Notes: generated by a model not told the origin, from the letters alone. A stretch of 64,000 bases of DNA from an uncultured Acidobacteriota bacterium (GCA_963827655.1 CAWHCF010000026.1:128001-192000), one strand, 5' to 3'. Shown: positions 38,289 to 50,028, numbered from the stretch's first letter. Numbers and translations are program-made.

Positions 38289-41200
38289 ATGGACCTGTCT
38301 CGAAGAGGCTTCCTTCAAGCCGCGTTGTCCGGCGCGTCTCTCACGACCGCATTGGGCTTTGATGCCCGTCCGGCGCTGGCGCAGGCGCGCGAGCTGAAGA
38401 TCTCGCGCACCACTCAGACCCATAGCATCTGCCCTTATTGCGCCGTTGCCTGCAGCGTAATCATTCATACTCTGGGCGACAAAGCCCGCAACGTTACGCC
38501 CACCGTGGTGCACGTAGAGGGCGATCCGGATAGCCCGATCAACCGCGGCACGCTCTGTCCCAAGGGGATTACCCTCCGGCAATTCGTTGTGAATGACCGG
38601 CGTCTCACGCGCCCCCTGTACCGGGCGCCAGGCTCAGCCGAGTGGCGGGCGATTTCCTGGGACGAGGCGCTTGAACGGATGGCGCGCCTGATCAAGAAAG
38701 CGCGAGACGCCGGCTTCGAGGAGAAAGACTCGCAGGGACGGCTGGTCAACCGCCTCACGAACGTCGCGATCATCGGCGGATGCACCGACACCAATGAGAT
38801 CAACTATCTGCTCGGCAAATTCCGCTTCGGCCTGGGAATCGTGGCTTACGAAAACCAGGCCCGGCTTTGACACGGCCCCACGGTGGCCAGTCTGGCCGCC
38901 ACCTTCGGACGCGGTGCCATGACCAATGGCTGGACCGACGTGGCCAATGCGGACGTGATTCTGGTAATGGGGGGCAATCCGGCCGAGAATCATCCCGTCG
39001 GCTTCCGTTACGCCATAGAGGCGAAACGCGCCCGGAAGGCCAGGCTGGTTACCATCGACCCTCGCTTTAACCGCACCGCCGCCGTCTCCGATTGCTATGT
39101 CCCGATACGCGCGGGGACCGACATTGCCTTTCTCGGCGGGCTGATCAACTACGTTCTGGCGCACAACCTCTACCAGGAAGACTATGTCAAGCTGCACACG
39201 AATGCCTCTTTTCTGATTCAGGAGAGTTTCTCGTTCAAAGACGGTCTCTTTTCCGGCTGGGACGACGAGAAGAAGAGTTATGACAAGTCGAGCTGGGGTT
39301 ACCAGCTCGACGCCGCGGGCTACGCCAAGGTCGATCCGGCGCTCGAGAATCCTCGTTCGGTCTTCCAGCTCATGAAGCATCACTACGCGCGTTATACCCC
39401 CGAGATGGTAGCCAGGATCTGCGGCTGTTCGGTCGAGGAATTCCAGAAAGCAGCCGCGATAATTTGCTCTACCGGCAGGCCGGACCGGCAGGGGACGATC
39501 CTGTATGCTCTCGGGTGGACGCAGCACAGCCACTCCGTGCAGCTGATCCACACGGCGGCCATGCTCCAGCTTCTTCTGGGGAACATCGGAGTGCCGGGGG
39601 GCGGCGTCAATGCCCAGCGTGGTCACTCCAATATTCAAGGGGCGACCGACATGGGAGCGTGGAATATGCTTCCCGGTTACCTGCGCGTCCCGCGCGCGCA
39701 CCAGGTGTCGCTCAACAAATACCTGGAGGAGAACACGCCCAGGCCGCTGCGCCCGAACTCGATGAATTACGGGGCAAACACGCCCAAGTTCATGACCAGT
39801 CTGCTCAAAGCCTATTATGGCGAGGCCGCGAGCCGGCAGAACGGCTTCGGCTATGACTACGTGCCGAAGCTGGGCGAGGCGGACAATTACTCCTGGGGTT
39901 ACATCTTCGACCGCATGTATGCCGGCCAGGTTGAGGGAATGATCTCGTTCGGCATGAACCCGGTCGCGAACGGCCCGAACACGCCCAAGATGCTCGCCGC
40001 GCTTGCCAAATTGAAGTGGCTCATCGTCGCCGAGTGTTTCGAGACCGAAACCGCCGCCTTCTGGAAGGCGCGCCAGCTGGCCGAAAAGTATTATGCTTCC
40101 GCCCCGGATGCCTCGGCGGTCAACACCGAGGTCTTCTTGCTTCCTGCGGCCTGCTTCGCGGAAAAAGACGGTTCGTTCGTCAATTCGTCACGCTGGGTGC
40201 AGTGGAAGTATGCCGCCCTCGATCCGCCGGGACAGGCCCTGCGGGATCAGGATCTCATTGCGCGCCTGTTCTTGAAGATTCGCCAGCTCTACCAGGAGGA
40301 AGGAGGGACGTCGCCCGGACCGCTGTTGAGCATGGCCTGGAACTGGCAGAATCCTGCATCACCCGAGCTAGCGGAGGTGGCACGAGAGATTAACGGCCGC
40401 GACGCGGCCGGCCAGCAGGTGCCGGGGTTCGGCGCCCTCAAGGACGACGGCTCGACCGCCTGCGGCAACTGGCTCTACGCCGGCTCATTCACCGAGGCCG
40501 GCAACATGATGGCCCGGCGAGGGCAGGAAGACCCCACCGGGCTGGGACTGTACCCGAACTGGGCGTGGAACTGGCCGGCCAACCGGCGCATTCTCTACAA
40601 TCGCGCCTCGGCCGATGCGGCCGGTAAACCCTGGGATCCCAGCCGCGCTCTCCTGCGCTGGAACGGAGCAAACTGGACGGGCGATGTCCCGGACTACAAG
40701 GCCGACGCGAGTCCGGATGCGTTCGGCGCTTTCATCATGTTGCCCGAAGGTGTAGCCAAGCTCTATGCCGCCGATTTCGTCGAGGGCCCTTTTCCGGAAC
40801 ATTACGAACCGGTCGAGTCGCCGGTGGAGAACGCGCTTCATCCTGGAGTCGGCTCTAATCCCCTCGCCAAGATCTTCCGCAGCGACCTCGACCCGCTCGG
40901 CTCCTCGAAGGAATTTCCCTACGTCGGGACCACCTATCGTCTGACCGAACATTTTCACTACTGGACCAAGCACATAGCGGCCAACAACCAGTTGCAGCCG
41001 CATTTCTTCGTCGAGATTCCCGAGGCGCTGGCCCGGGAGAAACAAATCCAGAGTGGCGACACGGTGCGGGTCCGTTCGGCGCGCGGGTCGGTTGAAGGCA
41101 AGGCCATGGTGACGCGCCGCATGCGCGGTCTTCGCGTAGGGGACAAGGTCGTCTACCAGATCGGACTGCCGATCCACTGGGGCTTTGTCGGACGCGTCAC

Positions 41201-41297
41201 CGGCCCCCTGGTCAACAATCTCAGCCCCTCGGTACTCGATCCCAATTCGGGAACTCCCGAGTACAAGGGATTCCTGGTAAACATCGAGAAGATATGA
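38289..41297 (+). CDS. fdnG: Formate dehydrogenase-N/O alpha subunit, selenocysteine-containing (UGA 38868-38870)
   Basis: Tat SRRGFL, CPYCAVAC, ENQARL-U-HGPTVASLA..GRGAMTN, RGHSNIQG, TTYRLTEHFHYWT; the two ORFs are in frame across the TGA. Confidence 0.93.
38882..38900 (+). promoter_or_regulatory. Bacterial SECIS hairpin
   Basis: GGTGGCC-AGTCT-GGCCGCC starting 11 nt after the UGA, as in fdnG-type SECIS. Confidence 0.75.
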
Positions 41298-42157
41298 CCT
41301 CGACTTCCCTGAAGGCGATCTCGGCCACACCGGGCGGTTCCTCCGGCGCATCCGGGCAGGGTACAACGGTTGCCAAGCTGATCGACACCACCACCTGCAT
41401 CGGCTGCAAGGCCTGCGAGGTTGCCTGCCAGGAATGGAACAATCAGCAGTTCACGATCGGGACCTTCGAAGGAACCTATCAGACGCTCCCGGACCTGACC
41501 CACAGTTTCTGGAATCTGATCAAGTTCAACGAGACGGAGCAGAACGAGCAGCCGGTCTGGCTCATGGCCAAATACCAGTGCATGCACTGCGTCGATCCGG
41601 GATGTCTGCGGGCTTGCCCCGCGCCCGGGGCCATCGTCCAGAATGTCAACGGAATCGTCGATTTCAACCAGGACCAGTGCATCGGCTGCGGCTACTGCAT
41701 GACCGGTTGTCCATTCGATGTGCCCAAGCTCAATCCGATTACGAAGAAGGTTCACAAGTGCACGCTGTGCACCGACCGCGTCTCCGTGGGGTTGGAACCC
41801 GCCTGCATCAAAGCGTGTCCGACCGGGTGCCTCAGTTTCGGGACGCGCGAGGATCTGCTGCTCAAAGCCGAGGAGCGCGTTGTGGCTTTGAAGGAAGATG
41901 GACGTAGCAGCGCGGGTATCTACAATCCGGATGGGGTCGGCGGCACGCACGTCCTCTATGTCCTGGCCCAGGCCGATCACCCCGAGCAGTACGGTCTTCC
42001 GAGAGATCCGCAGATTCCGTGGACGGTCTCGCTCTGGAAAGGGCCTGTGAAGTGGCTGGGGAACGCCCTGTTGCTGGGCGGCATTTTCGGCACGATCCTG
42101 CACTACCTGCGCTATGGCCCGCAGCAGACCCGGGAGATCCAGGATGATGCCGAGTGA
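41294..42157 (+). CDS. fdnH: Formate dehydrogenase Fe-S beta subunit
   Basis: CIGCKACEVAC, CMHCVDPGC, CIGCGYCMTGCP, KCTLCTDR; C-terminal TM. Confidence 0.93.
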   Translation: MTSTSLKAISATPGGSSGASGQGTTVAKLIDTTTCIGCKACEVACQEWNNQQFTIGTFEGTYQTLPDLTHSFWNLIKFNETEQNEQPVWLMAKYQCMHCVDPGCLRACPAPGAIVQNVNGIVDFNQDQCIGCGYCMTGCPFDVPKLNPITKKVHKCTLCTDRVSVGLEPACIKACPTGCLSFGTREDLLLKAEERVVALKEDGRSSAGIYNPDGVGGTHVLYVLAQADHPEQYGLPRDPQIPWTVSLWKGPVKWLGNALLLGGIFGTILHYLRYGPQQTREIQDDAE

Positions 42158-42764
42158 CGCAAGAATCCCGCGCTTCAGCGTGACCGAGCGCATGACTCAT
42201 TGGGTTGTGGCGCTGGCTTTCCTTTACGCCGCGCTAACCGGACTCGCGCTCTGGTCCCCGCGGTTGTTCTGGTTGGCGGCGATCTTCGGCGGAGGCACGA
42301 CCGTGCGCGCCTGGCACCCGTGGGGAGGCGTGCTCTTTGTGCTTTTCTTCGCCGGCATGTTTCGGATCTGGCAGCGGCAGATGCGGCTCGACCGGGACGA
42401 CTGGCGCTGGCTGCGCCGCGCGCACCGTTATGCGGCGCACGATGAATCGGGGCTCCCGGAGTCAGGCCGCTTCAATGGCGGACAGAAGGCCCTGTTCTGG
42501 ATCCAGGGAATGAGCGGCATGGTCCTGCTTTTGACCGGCCTCGTGCTCTGGTGGCCGGAAATCACGCCGCGCCCGCTGCGGGAAATCTCCATCCTGTTGC
42601 ACCCGATCGCCGCCGTGATCTCGATCGGGGGGCTCATCATTCACATCTACATGGGGACGGCGGCTATTCCCGGGGCTTTCCGCGGCATGGTCCAGGGCTG
42701 GGTCAGGCCGTCGTGGGCCGCTTCCCACCATGCCAAATGGTATCGCCAGGTACGTCGCGGCTGA
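42144..42764 (+). CDS. fdnI: Formate dehydrogenase cytochrome b gamma subunit
   Basis: ERMTHW, RAWHPW, GRFNGGQK, IIHIYM, WAASHH. Confidence 0.92.
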   Translation: MMPSDARIPRFSVTERMTHWVVALAFLYAALTGLALWSPRLFWLAAIFGGGTTVRAWHPWGGVLFVLFFAGMFRIWQRQMRLDRDDWRWLRRAHRYAAHDESGLPESGRFNGGQKALFWIQGMSGMVLLLTGLVLWWPEITPRPLREISILLHPIAAVISIGGLIIHIYMGTAAIPGAFRGMVQGWVRPSWAASHHAKWYRQVRRG

Positions 42765-42766
42765 CA

Positions 42767-43459
42767 ATGTGGGAACTTCGAGCCGCCCGCGCGCGCTTGC
42801 TGGCCGACCGCTATCCTGCCACACGCGAAATTCTCCTCTTCTATTCCGGCCTGGCCGAGTGGCAAGGAGTGGTTTCGGGTCAGTCGAGTACTCTTGCGGA
42901 ACTTGAGCAGTTTTTGCCTTCGCTGGTGGACCTCGTAGCCCGGACCGGACCGGCGCTGCTCGCCGGTGCGGCGCACGAGCTCGAACCGGGCCAGGGACGC
43001 GCTCTGGTCGAAGAATACTGGGATCGGCGAGCGCCCGCCTCCCCGCTCGATTTTTTCGCCCGGGCGCTCCTGCAGCCTTATGCGGCCGGTCTGCCCGCCG
43101 GCCATGAGTGCCCCTGGTGCCGGCAGCCTCCGCAGGCCGGCTGCCTGCGTCCCGAGGGCGAAGGACTTGCGCTTGATGTTGTGTGTTCCCTCTGCCTGCG
43201 CCGCCGCCCGTTTCCGCGCGGCCGTTGCCCCGGCTGCGGCGAGTCGGCCGAAGTCAAGCTTCCCAGCTTCTCCGCCCCGGAGTTCTCGCACCTGCGCCTT
43301 CAGGCGTGCGACACATGCGGAGCCTACCTTCCGCTGGTCGATCTGGCTCGCGATCCGCTTGCCATTCCCGAAGTCGATGAGCTGGCCGGCCTTCCCCTGG
43401 ACCTTTGGGCGGCGGAGCAGGGTTATCGAAAGCTCCAGCCCAACCTGGCCGGGATCTAA
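42767..43459 (+). CDS. fdhE: Formate dehydrogenase accessory protein
   Basis: CPWC, CSLC, CPGCG, CDTC, VDELAGLPLDLWA. Confidence 0.9.
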   Translation: MWELRAARARLLADRYPATREILLFYSGLAEWQGVVSGQSSTLAELEQFLPSLVDLVARTGPALLAGAAHELEPGQGRALVEEYWDRRAPASPLDFFARALLQPYAAGLPAGHECPWCRQPPQAGCLRPEGEGLALDVVCSLCLRRRPFPRGRCPGCGESAEVKLPSFSAPEFSHLRLQACDTCGAYLPLVDLARDPLAIPEVDELAGLPLDLWAAEQGYRKLQPNLAGI

Positions 43460-43474
43460 TCATTAATCATTCAT

Positions 43475-43502
43475 CACTAAGACGCCAAGACGCGAAGAGA
43501 CT
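43475..43502 (+). repeat. 9-bp-periodic repeat family copy overlapping the proS stop
   Basis: CACTAAGACGCCAAGACGCGAAGAGAC. Confidence 0.65.
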
Positions 43503-45189
43503 TCAGCTTATCCGAGATGATGGACGGAACGGACGAGATGTCGACGAGGTCCGTCTTTTTGGTCGCGCGGTCGAATAGCTCGACCTTGCCTTGCTTCAGT
43601 TTTTCCGCGCCCAACACGACACGATATGGGATTCCGATCAGGTCGGCATCTTTAAACTTCACCCCGGGCCGCTCGGCGCGATCGTCGAGCAAGACATCGA
43701 TTCCTGCTTCCTGGAGGCTGAGGTAGAGCTGGTCGGCGGCGGCCTTGATCTCGTTTTTGTAGTTGATGGGCGTCAGGATCACCGAGAAAGGAGCGATGGA
43801 CAGCGGCCAGATGATCCCGTCGTCGTCATGGTACAGTTCGACGGCGGACGACATGATTCGCTCCAGTCCTATGCCGTAGCTCCCCATTACGATGGGGGTC
43901 TGCTTGCCGTCGGCCGTGAGGACCATCGCTCCCATGCTCTCCGAGTATTTTGTCCCCAGCTTGAAGATATGGCCCACCTCGACCGCCTTGAAGACCTCGA
44001 GGGGCTTCCCGCAATTCACGCAAGCCTCTCCCTTTTCGACCGAGCGAAGATCGACCCACTCGGGTTTGAAATGCACGTCGGGGGTCACGCCTTGGAGGTG
44101 ATAGTCGTCTTTGTTGGCGCCGCAGGTGAGGTTCTGCCGGCCGCGAAGCTCGAGGTCGGCGTAGATCGGGATCTGGCTGACGCCGACCGGCCCCAGGCTG
44201 CCGGCCGCTGCGCCGAAGACCTGGCGAATCTCGTCAGGATGCGCCGGGCGCACCTGCATGCTTTTCAGGGTTGCCATGACCTTGGCTTCGTTCAACTGGT
44301 GATCACCCCGAACCAGAAAAAGTTGCGGTTTGTCGTTGACGATATAGACCAGCGATTTGATCTGGTGCGTCGGAGGGACCTTCAGGAACTCTGCGATCTC
44401 GGCAATGGTTTTTTGACTTGGGGTGTGTACCTCGCGCGGCTCTCCACCGCCGGCCTGGTCGGAAATCTTCGGCAGCCTGGAAACGGCGCGCTCCAGGTTC
44501 GCGGCATAACCGCACTCGCAGGTGACGACGAAATCTTCACCGGCCTCCATCCGTACCATGAATTCCTGCGACTGGCTTCCCCCCATCGCGCCCGAGCTGG
44601 CTTCGACCGCGACGAACTTCAGCCGGCAGCGTGTAAAGATCCGGCAATAGAGATCGTGGTGAATCTGATAACTGCGGTCCAGGCCTTCCCCGTCCACGTC
44701 AAAAGAGTATGAATCCTTCATGATGAACTGGCGCAGGCGCATCAGCCCCGATTTCGGGCGGGGCTCGTCACGAAACTTGGTCTGGATCTGGTACCAGATC
44801 TGGGGCAGGTCCTTATAAGAACGGACTTCTTTGCGCGCGATTTCGGTGAACACTTCTTCATGAGTCATCCCAAGACAGAGGTCGCGCCCGGAGCGGTCCT
44901 TCAGCCGGAACATGTCGTCACCGATATCGTTCCAGCGGCCGGTCTCTTGCCAGAGATCGGCCGGATGCAGCGCCGGCAGCAGAAACTCCTGGCCGCCGAC
45001 CGCGTCGAGCTCTTCGCGGATAATCTTCGCGATCTTGAGCAGTGTGCGCTGAGCCAGGGGAAGATGAGAATAGATGCCGGCTGCGAGTTGCCGAATGAAG
45101 CCGCCCCGTATCAGCAATTGATGCGAGGGAAACTCTGCATCCGAGGGATTCTCGCGCAGGGTTGGAATGAAGGTCTTAGACCATCGCAT
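43477..45189 (-). CDS. proS: Proline-tRNA ligase (with INS editing domain)
   Basis: GMTHEE, QTKFRDEPRPKSGLMR, EVGHIFKLGTKYS, MGSYGIG, PGVKFKDADLIG. Confidence 0.96.
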   Translation of the reverse strand: MRWSKTFIPTLRENPSDAEFPSHQLLIRGGFIRQLAAGIYSHLPLAQRTLLKIAKIIREELDAVGGQEFLLPALHPADLWQETGRWNDIGDDMFRLKDRSGRDLCLGMTHEEVFTEIARKEVRSYKDLPQIWYQIQTKFRDEPRPKSGLMRLRQFIMKDSYSFDVDGEGLDRSYQIHHDLYCRIFTRCRLKFVAVEASSGAMGGSQSQEFMVRMEAGEDFVVTCECGYAANLERAVSRLPKISDQAGGGEPREVHTPSQKTIAEIAEFLKVPPTHQIKSLVYIVNDKPQLFLVRGDHQLNEAKVMATLKSMQVRPAHPDEIRQVFGAAAGSLGPVGVSQIPIYADLELRGRQNLTCGANKDDYHLQGVTPDVHFKPEWVDLRSVEKGEACVNCGKPLEVFKAVEVGHIFKLGTKYSESMGAMVLTADGKQTPIVMGSYGIGLERIMSSAVELYHDDDGIIWPLSIAPFSVILTPINYKNEIKAAADQLYLSLQEAGIDVLLDDRAERPGVKFKDADLIGIPYRVVLGAEKLKQGKVELFDRATKKTDLVDISSVPSIISDKLKSLRVLAS

Positions 45190-45275
45190 GGCGCTCCTCA
45201 ACGCGCGTCGGAATAAACGCGCAGCCGGATAATTCTAGGGGAGTGTCGCGAGTAGTCAAGATGTTCCCCGGAATA

Positions 45276-45310
45276 CTTTGTGTTTCTTCGCGTCTTTGCG
45301 TCTTGGTGGT
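45276..45310 (-). repeat. 9-bp-periodic repeat family copy
   Basis: Reverse complement ACCACCAAGACGCAAAGACGCGAAGAAACACAAAG. Confidence 0.8.
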
Positions 45311-45352
45311 GGTCTTGACGGCTGCGTTGAGCGTGGCTAACATCCGTGGCGC

Positions 45353-46913
45353 ATGGACGCCCCCATCATCAGTATTCCTGATACATTCAACGCCGCCGCC
45401 GAGTTCGTGGACCGGCATGTCGCGGAAGGGCGGGGAGAGAGGATCGCGTTGCGCTGCCGGGAGCGCGCGGTCACGTATCAGCAGGTTGCCGAGATGGTGA
45501 ACCGGACCGGAAATGCGCTCGGCTCTCTGGGCGTTGAGATGGAGAATCGCGTCCTTCTCCTCCTGTACGATTCGCCCGAATTCGTGGCGAGTTTTTTCGG
45601 AGCCATCAAGATCGGAGCCGTTCCCGTCCCGGTCAACACCATGATGCGCCCGGCTGATTATGAGTATCTCCTGAACGACAGCCGGGCCAAGGCGCTCATA
45701 GTGCAGCGGGAGTTGTGGGACCAGGTGGCCGCGGTGCGCGCACCGGCTGAAGTATCTGAAGCACGTGGTGATCGCCGGCGCGCCCGAGCCCGGTCTTCAT
45801 TACTTTACGGACTGGATCGCCGGCGCGTCTCCTGAGCTGGAGCCGGCCGCGACCTGCAAGGATGACGCGGCATTCTGGCTCTACAGTTCGGGCAGTACCG
45901 GCTTTCCCAAGGGAGCCGTGCACCTCCAGCACGATATGGTCTACTGCGCCGACTTGTACGCCGGGCCGGTTCTCGGCATTCGACCGGATGATGTGGTTTT
46001 TTCGGCTGCCAAGCTGTTCTTCGCGTACGGGCTGGGCAATAGCCTTTACTTTCCATTCCGCGCCGGAGCCTCCGCAATCTTGTTTCCGGGGCGGCCGCAA
46101 CCACAGACGGTGTTCGAAATTATATCCCGCGAAAGACCGACACTTTTCTTCGGGGTCCCGACGTTGTACGCATCCATGCTGGCGATGTCAGAGGGCGAGA
46201 GGAGCTATGATCTCTCTTCTCTGCGCCTGTGCGTCTCGGCGGGGGAGCCGCTGCCGGCGGAACTCTACCGGCGTTGGAAAAACCGCTTCGGCATCGAGAT
46301 CCTGGACGGGATCGGAACTACCGAGGTCTTGCACATCTTCATTTCGAATCGTCCGGGCCAGGTGAGAGCCGGCAGTTCAGGAAAGGTGGTCCCAGGCTAC
46401 GATGTCAGAATCGTCACCGAACAGGGCGTGCCGGCAGGTCCGGGTGAGATTGGCAATCTGGCCGTGAAGGGCGACAGCACCTGCGCTTTCTACTGGAATC
46501 AGCACGAGAAGACCAAGCAGGCGATGCAGGGCGAATGGATCCTGACCGGCGACAAATACTACCGGGATGAGGAAGACTATTACTGGTACTGCGGGCGGTC
46601 AGACGACATGATGAAAGTCGGAGGAATCTGGGTCTCGCCCATCGAAGTCGAGAACACGTTGATCCAACACGCCGCGGTATTGGAGGCGGCGGTCGTGGGC
46701 CGGGACCTGGATGGTCTGACCAAGCCTGAAGCCTTCGTGGTTCTGAAGCCCGGTCATACGGCTGATCCCGGCCTGGAAGAGGAGTTGAAGCATTTCGTCA
46801 AAGACAAGATTGCGCCCTACAAGTACCCGCGCAAGATAACCTTTGTTCCGGATCTTCCCAAGACCGCCACGGGAAAGATCCAAAGGTTCAAGCTCCGCGC
46901 GATGGAGGATTGA
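45353..46913 (+). CDS. Benzoate-CoA-ligase-family AMP-binding enzyme (frameshift near 45740)
   Basis: FWLYSSGSTGFPKG, KLFFAYGLGN, DGIGTTE..HIF, PKTATGKIQRFKLR. Confidence 0.88.
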
Positions 46914-47373
46914 CCAGGCTGGAGGATCTATTCGGTACGGACGACGCGCGCAAGCACCGATGATACATGGAGGCTCGGCTCGTGACCGTGCACGACCGGT
47001 ACGCGTTTAACAAGGACATGGTCGTCTCGATCGAGCCGTTCATCGATATTGTCGGGCGCCAATTCAATCAGCCGAAGGAAGGGCTAGGGTTCGACGGAAG
47101 CCCGGTGGCGCACATGTGGCGGACGCTGATCTACCCCGACAATCCGTTGTAGGCGTTCACGATCCTGGTCGGCCTGTCCCGCCATTTAGGTCGTTCGTGA
47201 TTTTTGCTGCGTTATCTCTCAGGTCGCTCTCCGTCCAATCCCGTTGAATCCCAACGCCAATCGGACCGCCGGATGCGATCCAAACCCTGGAGACTATGAT
47301 GAGGGGGCAGCGGCCTCCCGCCGATTTCGACCAGCAATGCGTTGAATTCACTCAGGATCAACCAGGCAATACA

Positions 47374-48690
47374 TTAGCGGACCCGCTTCGGTTGCGACTG
47401 ATCCCATTCCGTGGCGCTGACCTTCCGGGCCTGCTGAAGAAAGACGAACGTGCCGTTCTTGTTGCCGATCACGAAGTCCAGCATGCCGTCGCCGTTCAGG
47501 TCGCCCGTCGCGAGCTGACGGCCCACTCCGGACTGGTCGTCGATCCGGTGCGGAACGTACTCCACGTTGCCGTCCCGTCGAGTCAGTCTGAAGTAGTAGA
47601 TCACCGGAGGTTGGCGAGACCCTGGATCGGCAAAATCGTGCGAGCGGTAGCACTTCCCCGTGAGAATATCCTTCAGTCCGTCTCCGTCCATGTCAACGAG
47701 GGCAACCGCGTGCAGCTCGGAGAATTGAACTCCGTAGGGATTGTCGAGATTCTCCTCGCCCTTGCTCATCAGCACGTGCTCCTTGAAGCTGATGCCGCCG
47801 TCGGTCGCCCGGATCTGCTCGAACCAGCTCAGCCCCCAGGCATGGGCATTCAGGCTCGTGATAACGTCATTGCGGCCGTCCCCGTTGACGTCATAGGTGA
47901 ACATCTGCGCGCCGCCGCGCTCGGTGAACTGGAACGCGTGGAACTTCCACTCCGGATCGCCGGCGAGAGACGGCGGCTGGCGCCACCAACCGTCCTTCGA
48001 CAGGAAGTCCGCGCGGCCGTCCGCGTCGACATCGCCATAACCGAGGCCATGCGTGTAGTGATGCGGGAGCGTCTTTTCTGCGGAAATCGCGTGGAACGTC
48101 CAAGGCTTCGCAGGATCCGTCGGGTGCGGCGTGGCGTAGCCCAGGCGGTCTCGATAACCCATAATCAACTCGGGGCGCCCGTCGCCCGTGATATCGCCGA
48201 AGTCCGGGGATTCGTTGTTGACCTGGTCAATCACGTCGTGGCGCTTCCAGTGGACCGGAGGGCCGGGCGGTCCGCTGAACCGAAGCTTCGGGTTCTCGTA
48301 CCAGTACGCCGCTGTGCTCGGCAGTCCGATGGTCAGGATGTCGGCCCACCCGTCCGCGTTGAAGTCGTAGACGAACGAAAAGAAGTTGTCGAGAGCGTAA
48401 ATCTGCATGTCATTCGGCCCGCGCTTGGTCGGGGCCACGGCCGGGTAGAACTCGTGCCGGAACTTGTAGTCCGGTCCAAGATAGACGTGAGGGCCACAGA
48501 CCACATCTACAGTCCCGTCGCGGTTGAAGTCGGCGAAGTTCGCCCCCTCCGACCAGTAGATCGGAGTCAGGTGAAACTTCCTGAATTCGCGCAGCACGTG
48601 CTCGCTCTCGTTGCTTGCAGCAACGCCAAGCGACAGGCCAAAAAGCGCTCCCAGTACGCGAAGCCGAGTTGGGCGGATCATGGCGCGCAT
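47374..48690 (-). CDS. Secreted FG-GAP/VCBS-repeat protein
   Basis: Repeated DxNxDG motifs, signal peptide. Confidence 0.85.
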   Translation of the reverse strand: MRAMIRPTRLRVLGALFGLSLGVAASNESEHVLREFRKFHLTPIYWSEGANFADFNRDGTVDVVCGPHVYLGPDYKFRHEFYPAVAPTKRGPNDMQIYALDNFFSFVYDFNADGWADILTIGLPSTAAYWYENPKLRFSGPPGPPVHWKRHDVIDQVNNESPDFGDITGDGRPELIMGYRDRLGYATPHPTDPAKPWTFHAISAEKTLPHHYTHGLGYGDVDADGRADFLSKDGWWRQPPSLAGDPEWKFHAFQFTERGGAQMFTYDVNGDGRNDVITSLNAHAWGLSWFEQIRATDGGISFKEHVLMSKGEENLDNPYGVQFSELHAVALVDMDGDGLKDILTGKCYRSHDFADPGSRQPPVIYYFRLTRRDGNVEYVPHRIDDQSGVGRQLATGDLNGDGMLDFVIGNKNGTFVFLQQARKVSATEWDQSQPKRVR

Positions 48691-48919
48691 TCTACCCCCA
48701 CTCGTTCCAAGCAGGCATGAAATCTGATTGTGGAGATTGCCGTCGTCCGGTCGGGGCCGAGTCGACGCCGCTCGACCTCACGAGGACGATGGCGCATGAC
48801 TGTAACCGAACGGGTCATCCGGGATGCAATCGGTAACGACCGTGGCATCGAACCACCAACCTTGCGGCAACAAAAGTTCTAGCGAAAGCAATTTTGGAGG
48901 AACGCTGGCGAGCGAGGGT

Positions 48920-49939
48920 TTAGCCGACCTTGGGCAGCGCCCGAATTGTGAGAGTCAACGCCTGTCTGGGATTTTCGATCAGCAGCTTGCGAATTTGCTC
49001 GTCCGTCACTCCCGTCTTCTTGAGGGCCGGAATGAAGTGGGTGAAAAGGAGTTCGTAATTGCGAAAGGTTCCCCCGCCCGGTTCGCCCACGTGGTACCAG
49101 CCGGAGTCCTGCGAGATCAGGATTCGGTTAATAAATCCGCGATCGATCATCGCCTTGACGAATTGCACATGCCGGTCCAGGGATTTCTCGTTTATTCCGT
49201 CGAACTCAACCCAGGCTCCCTGCTCGGCCGCCTTGGCGTGGAGCGAAGTGTCGGATTCACTCTGGGCATGCACCCAGATGAAAGCCGAAGCTGCCACCCC
49301 TTCGCCCTTCAACAAAGCGAGTTCCTCCATCGCCGCGACGCCGTCACCGGTGTGAGAAGCGATGGTGAGGCCCGTTTGCAGGTGAGTCCTGGCGGCTGCC
49401 CGAACCAGCTTGGCATCGATGTCCGAGAGAGCCCCCTTGTCGACTCCCGTCTTGATGATTCCCGGCTTGATCCCGGTCTGCTCGATGCCGTTGGTAAACT
49501 CGGTCCTCCACCGGACGGCGAGCTGCTCCGCACTCTCCTGATAGGCATGCTGCGGGACAAACTTGTCGTTAGCCGCGCCGTAGTACCCGGTAGTCGTCAG
49601 GAGATGCAACCCGCTTGCCGCCGACAGCTCTTTTAACAGGACCGGATCGCGTCCTATGTACGCCGGCGTGCACTCGACCAGGGTATGGCAGCCGAGGCCG
49701 CGCACCTGCTTCAGGAACGGGAGGGCGGTACGAAACACTTCATCCCGGTTGTAACGTTCCCTGCTAACCTTGTCGGCGCCGACAAAATCCACCATCACGT
49801 GCTCATGCATTAAAGTCATGCCGAGTTTCTCCGCCGGGAGCGGACCTTGAACCGACTGGACCTGAGGGGCCTGAGACGGAAGAAACTTCGGCAGCAGGAG
49901 CGTTGCCGGCAGAGACTTCAGGAAATGGCGTCTGTTCAT
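48920..49939 (-). CDS. Phosphotriesterase-family amidohydrolase with Tat-like signal
   Basis: MNRRHFL; TLMHEH, GIIKTG, SHTG, WVHAQ, ISQDSG. Confidence 0.9.
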   Translation of the reverse strand: MNRRHFLKSLPATLLLPKFLPSQAPQVQSVQGPLPAEKLGMTLMHEHVMVDFVGADKVSRERYNRDEVFRTALPFLKQVRGLGCHTLVECTPAYIGRDPVLLKELSAASGLHLLTTTGYYGAANDKFVPQHAYQESAEQLAVRWRTEFTNGIEQTGIKPGIIKTGVDKGALSDIDAKLVRAAARTHLQTGLTIASHTGDGVAAMEELALLKGEGVAASAFIWVHAQSESDTSLHAKAAEQGAWVEFDGINEKSLDRHVQFVKAMIDRGFINRILISQDSGWYHVGEPGGGTFRNYELLFTHFIPALKKTGVTDEQIRKLLIENPRQALTLTIRALPKVG

Positions 49940-50028
49940 TTTGACTTTTCCGCTTCAATGTTATACTTCCCGCGCTTCGGGCGATCCACTCAAAAACGGA
50001 GCGGGACAAGCCTGGAGGCTGGGTTCGC

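Noticed and set aside
47130-47200. Further attC-like site after the short ORF 46967-47152
   Set aside because: Only faint resemblance; complementary R boxes could not be identified.
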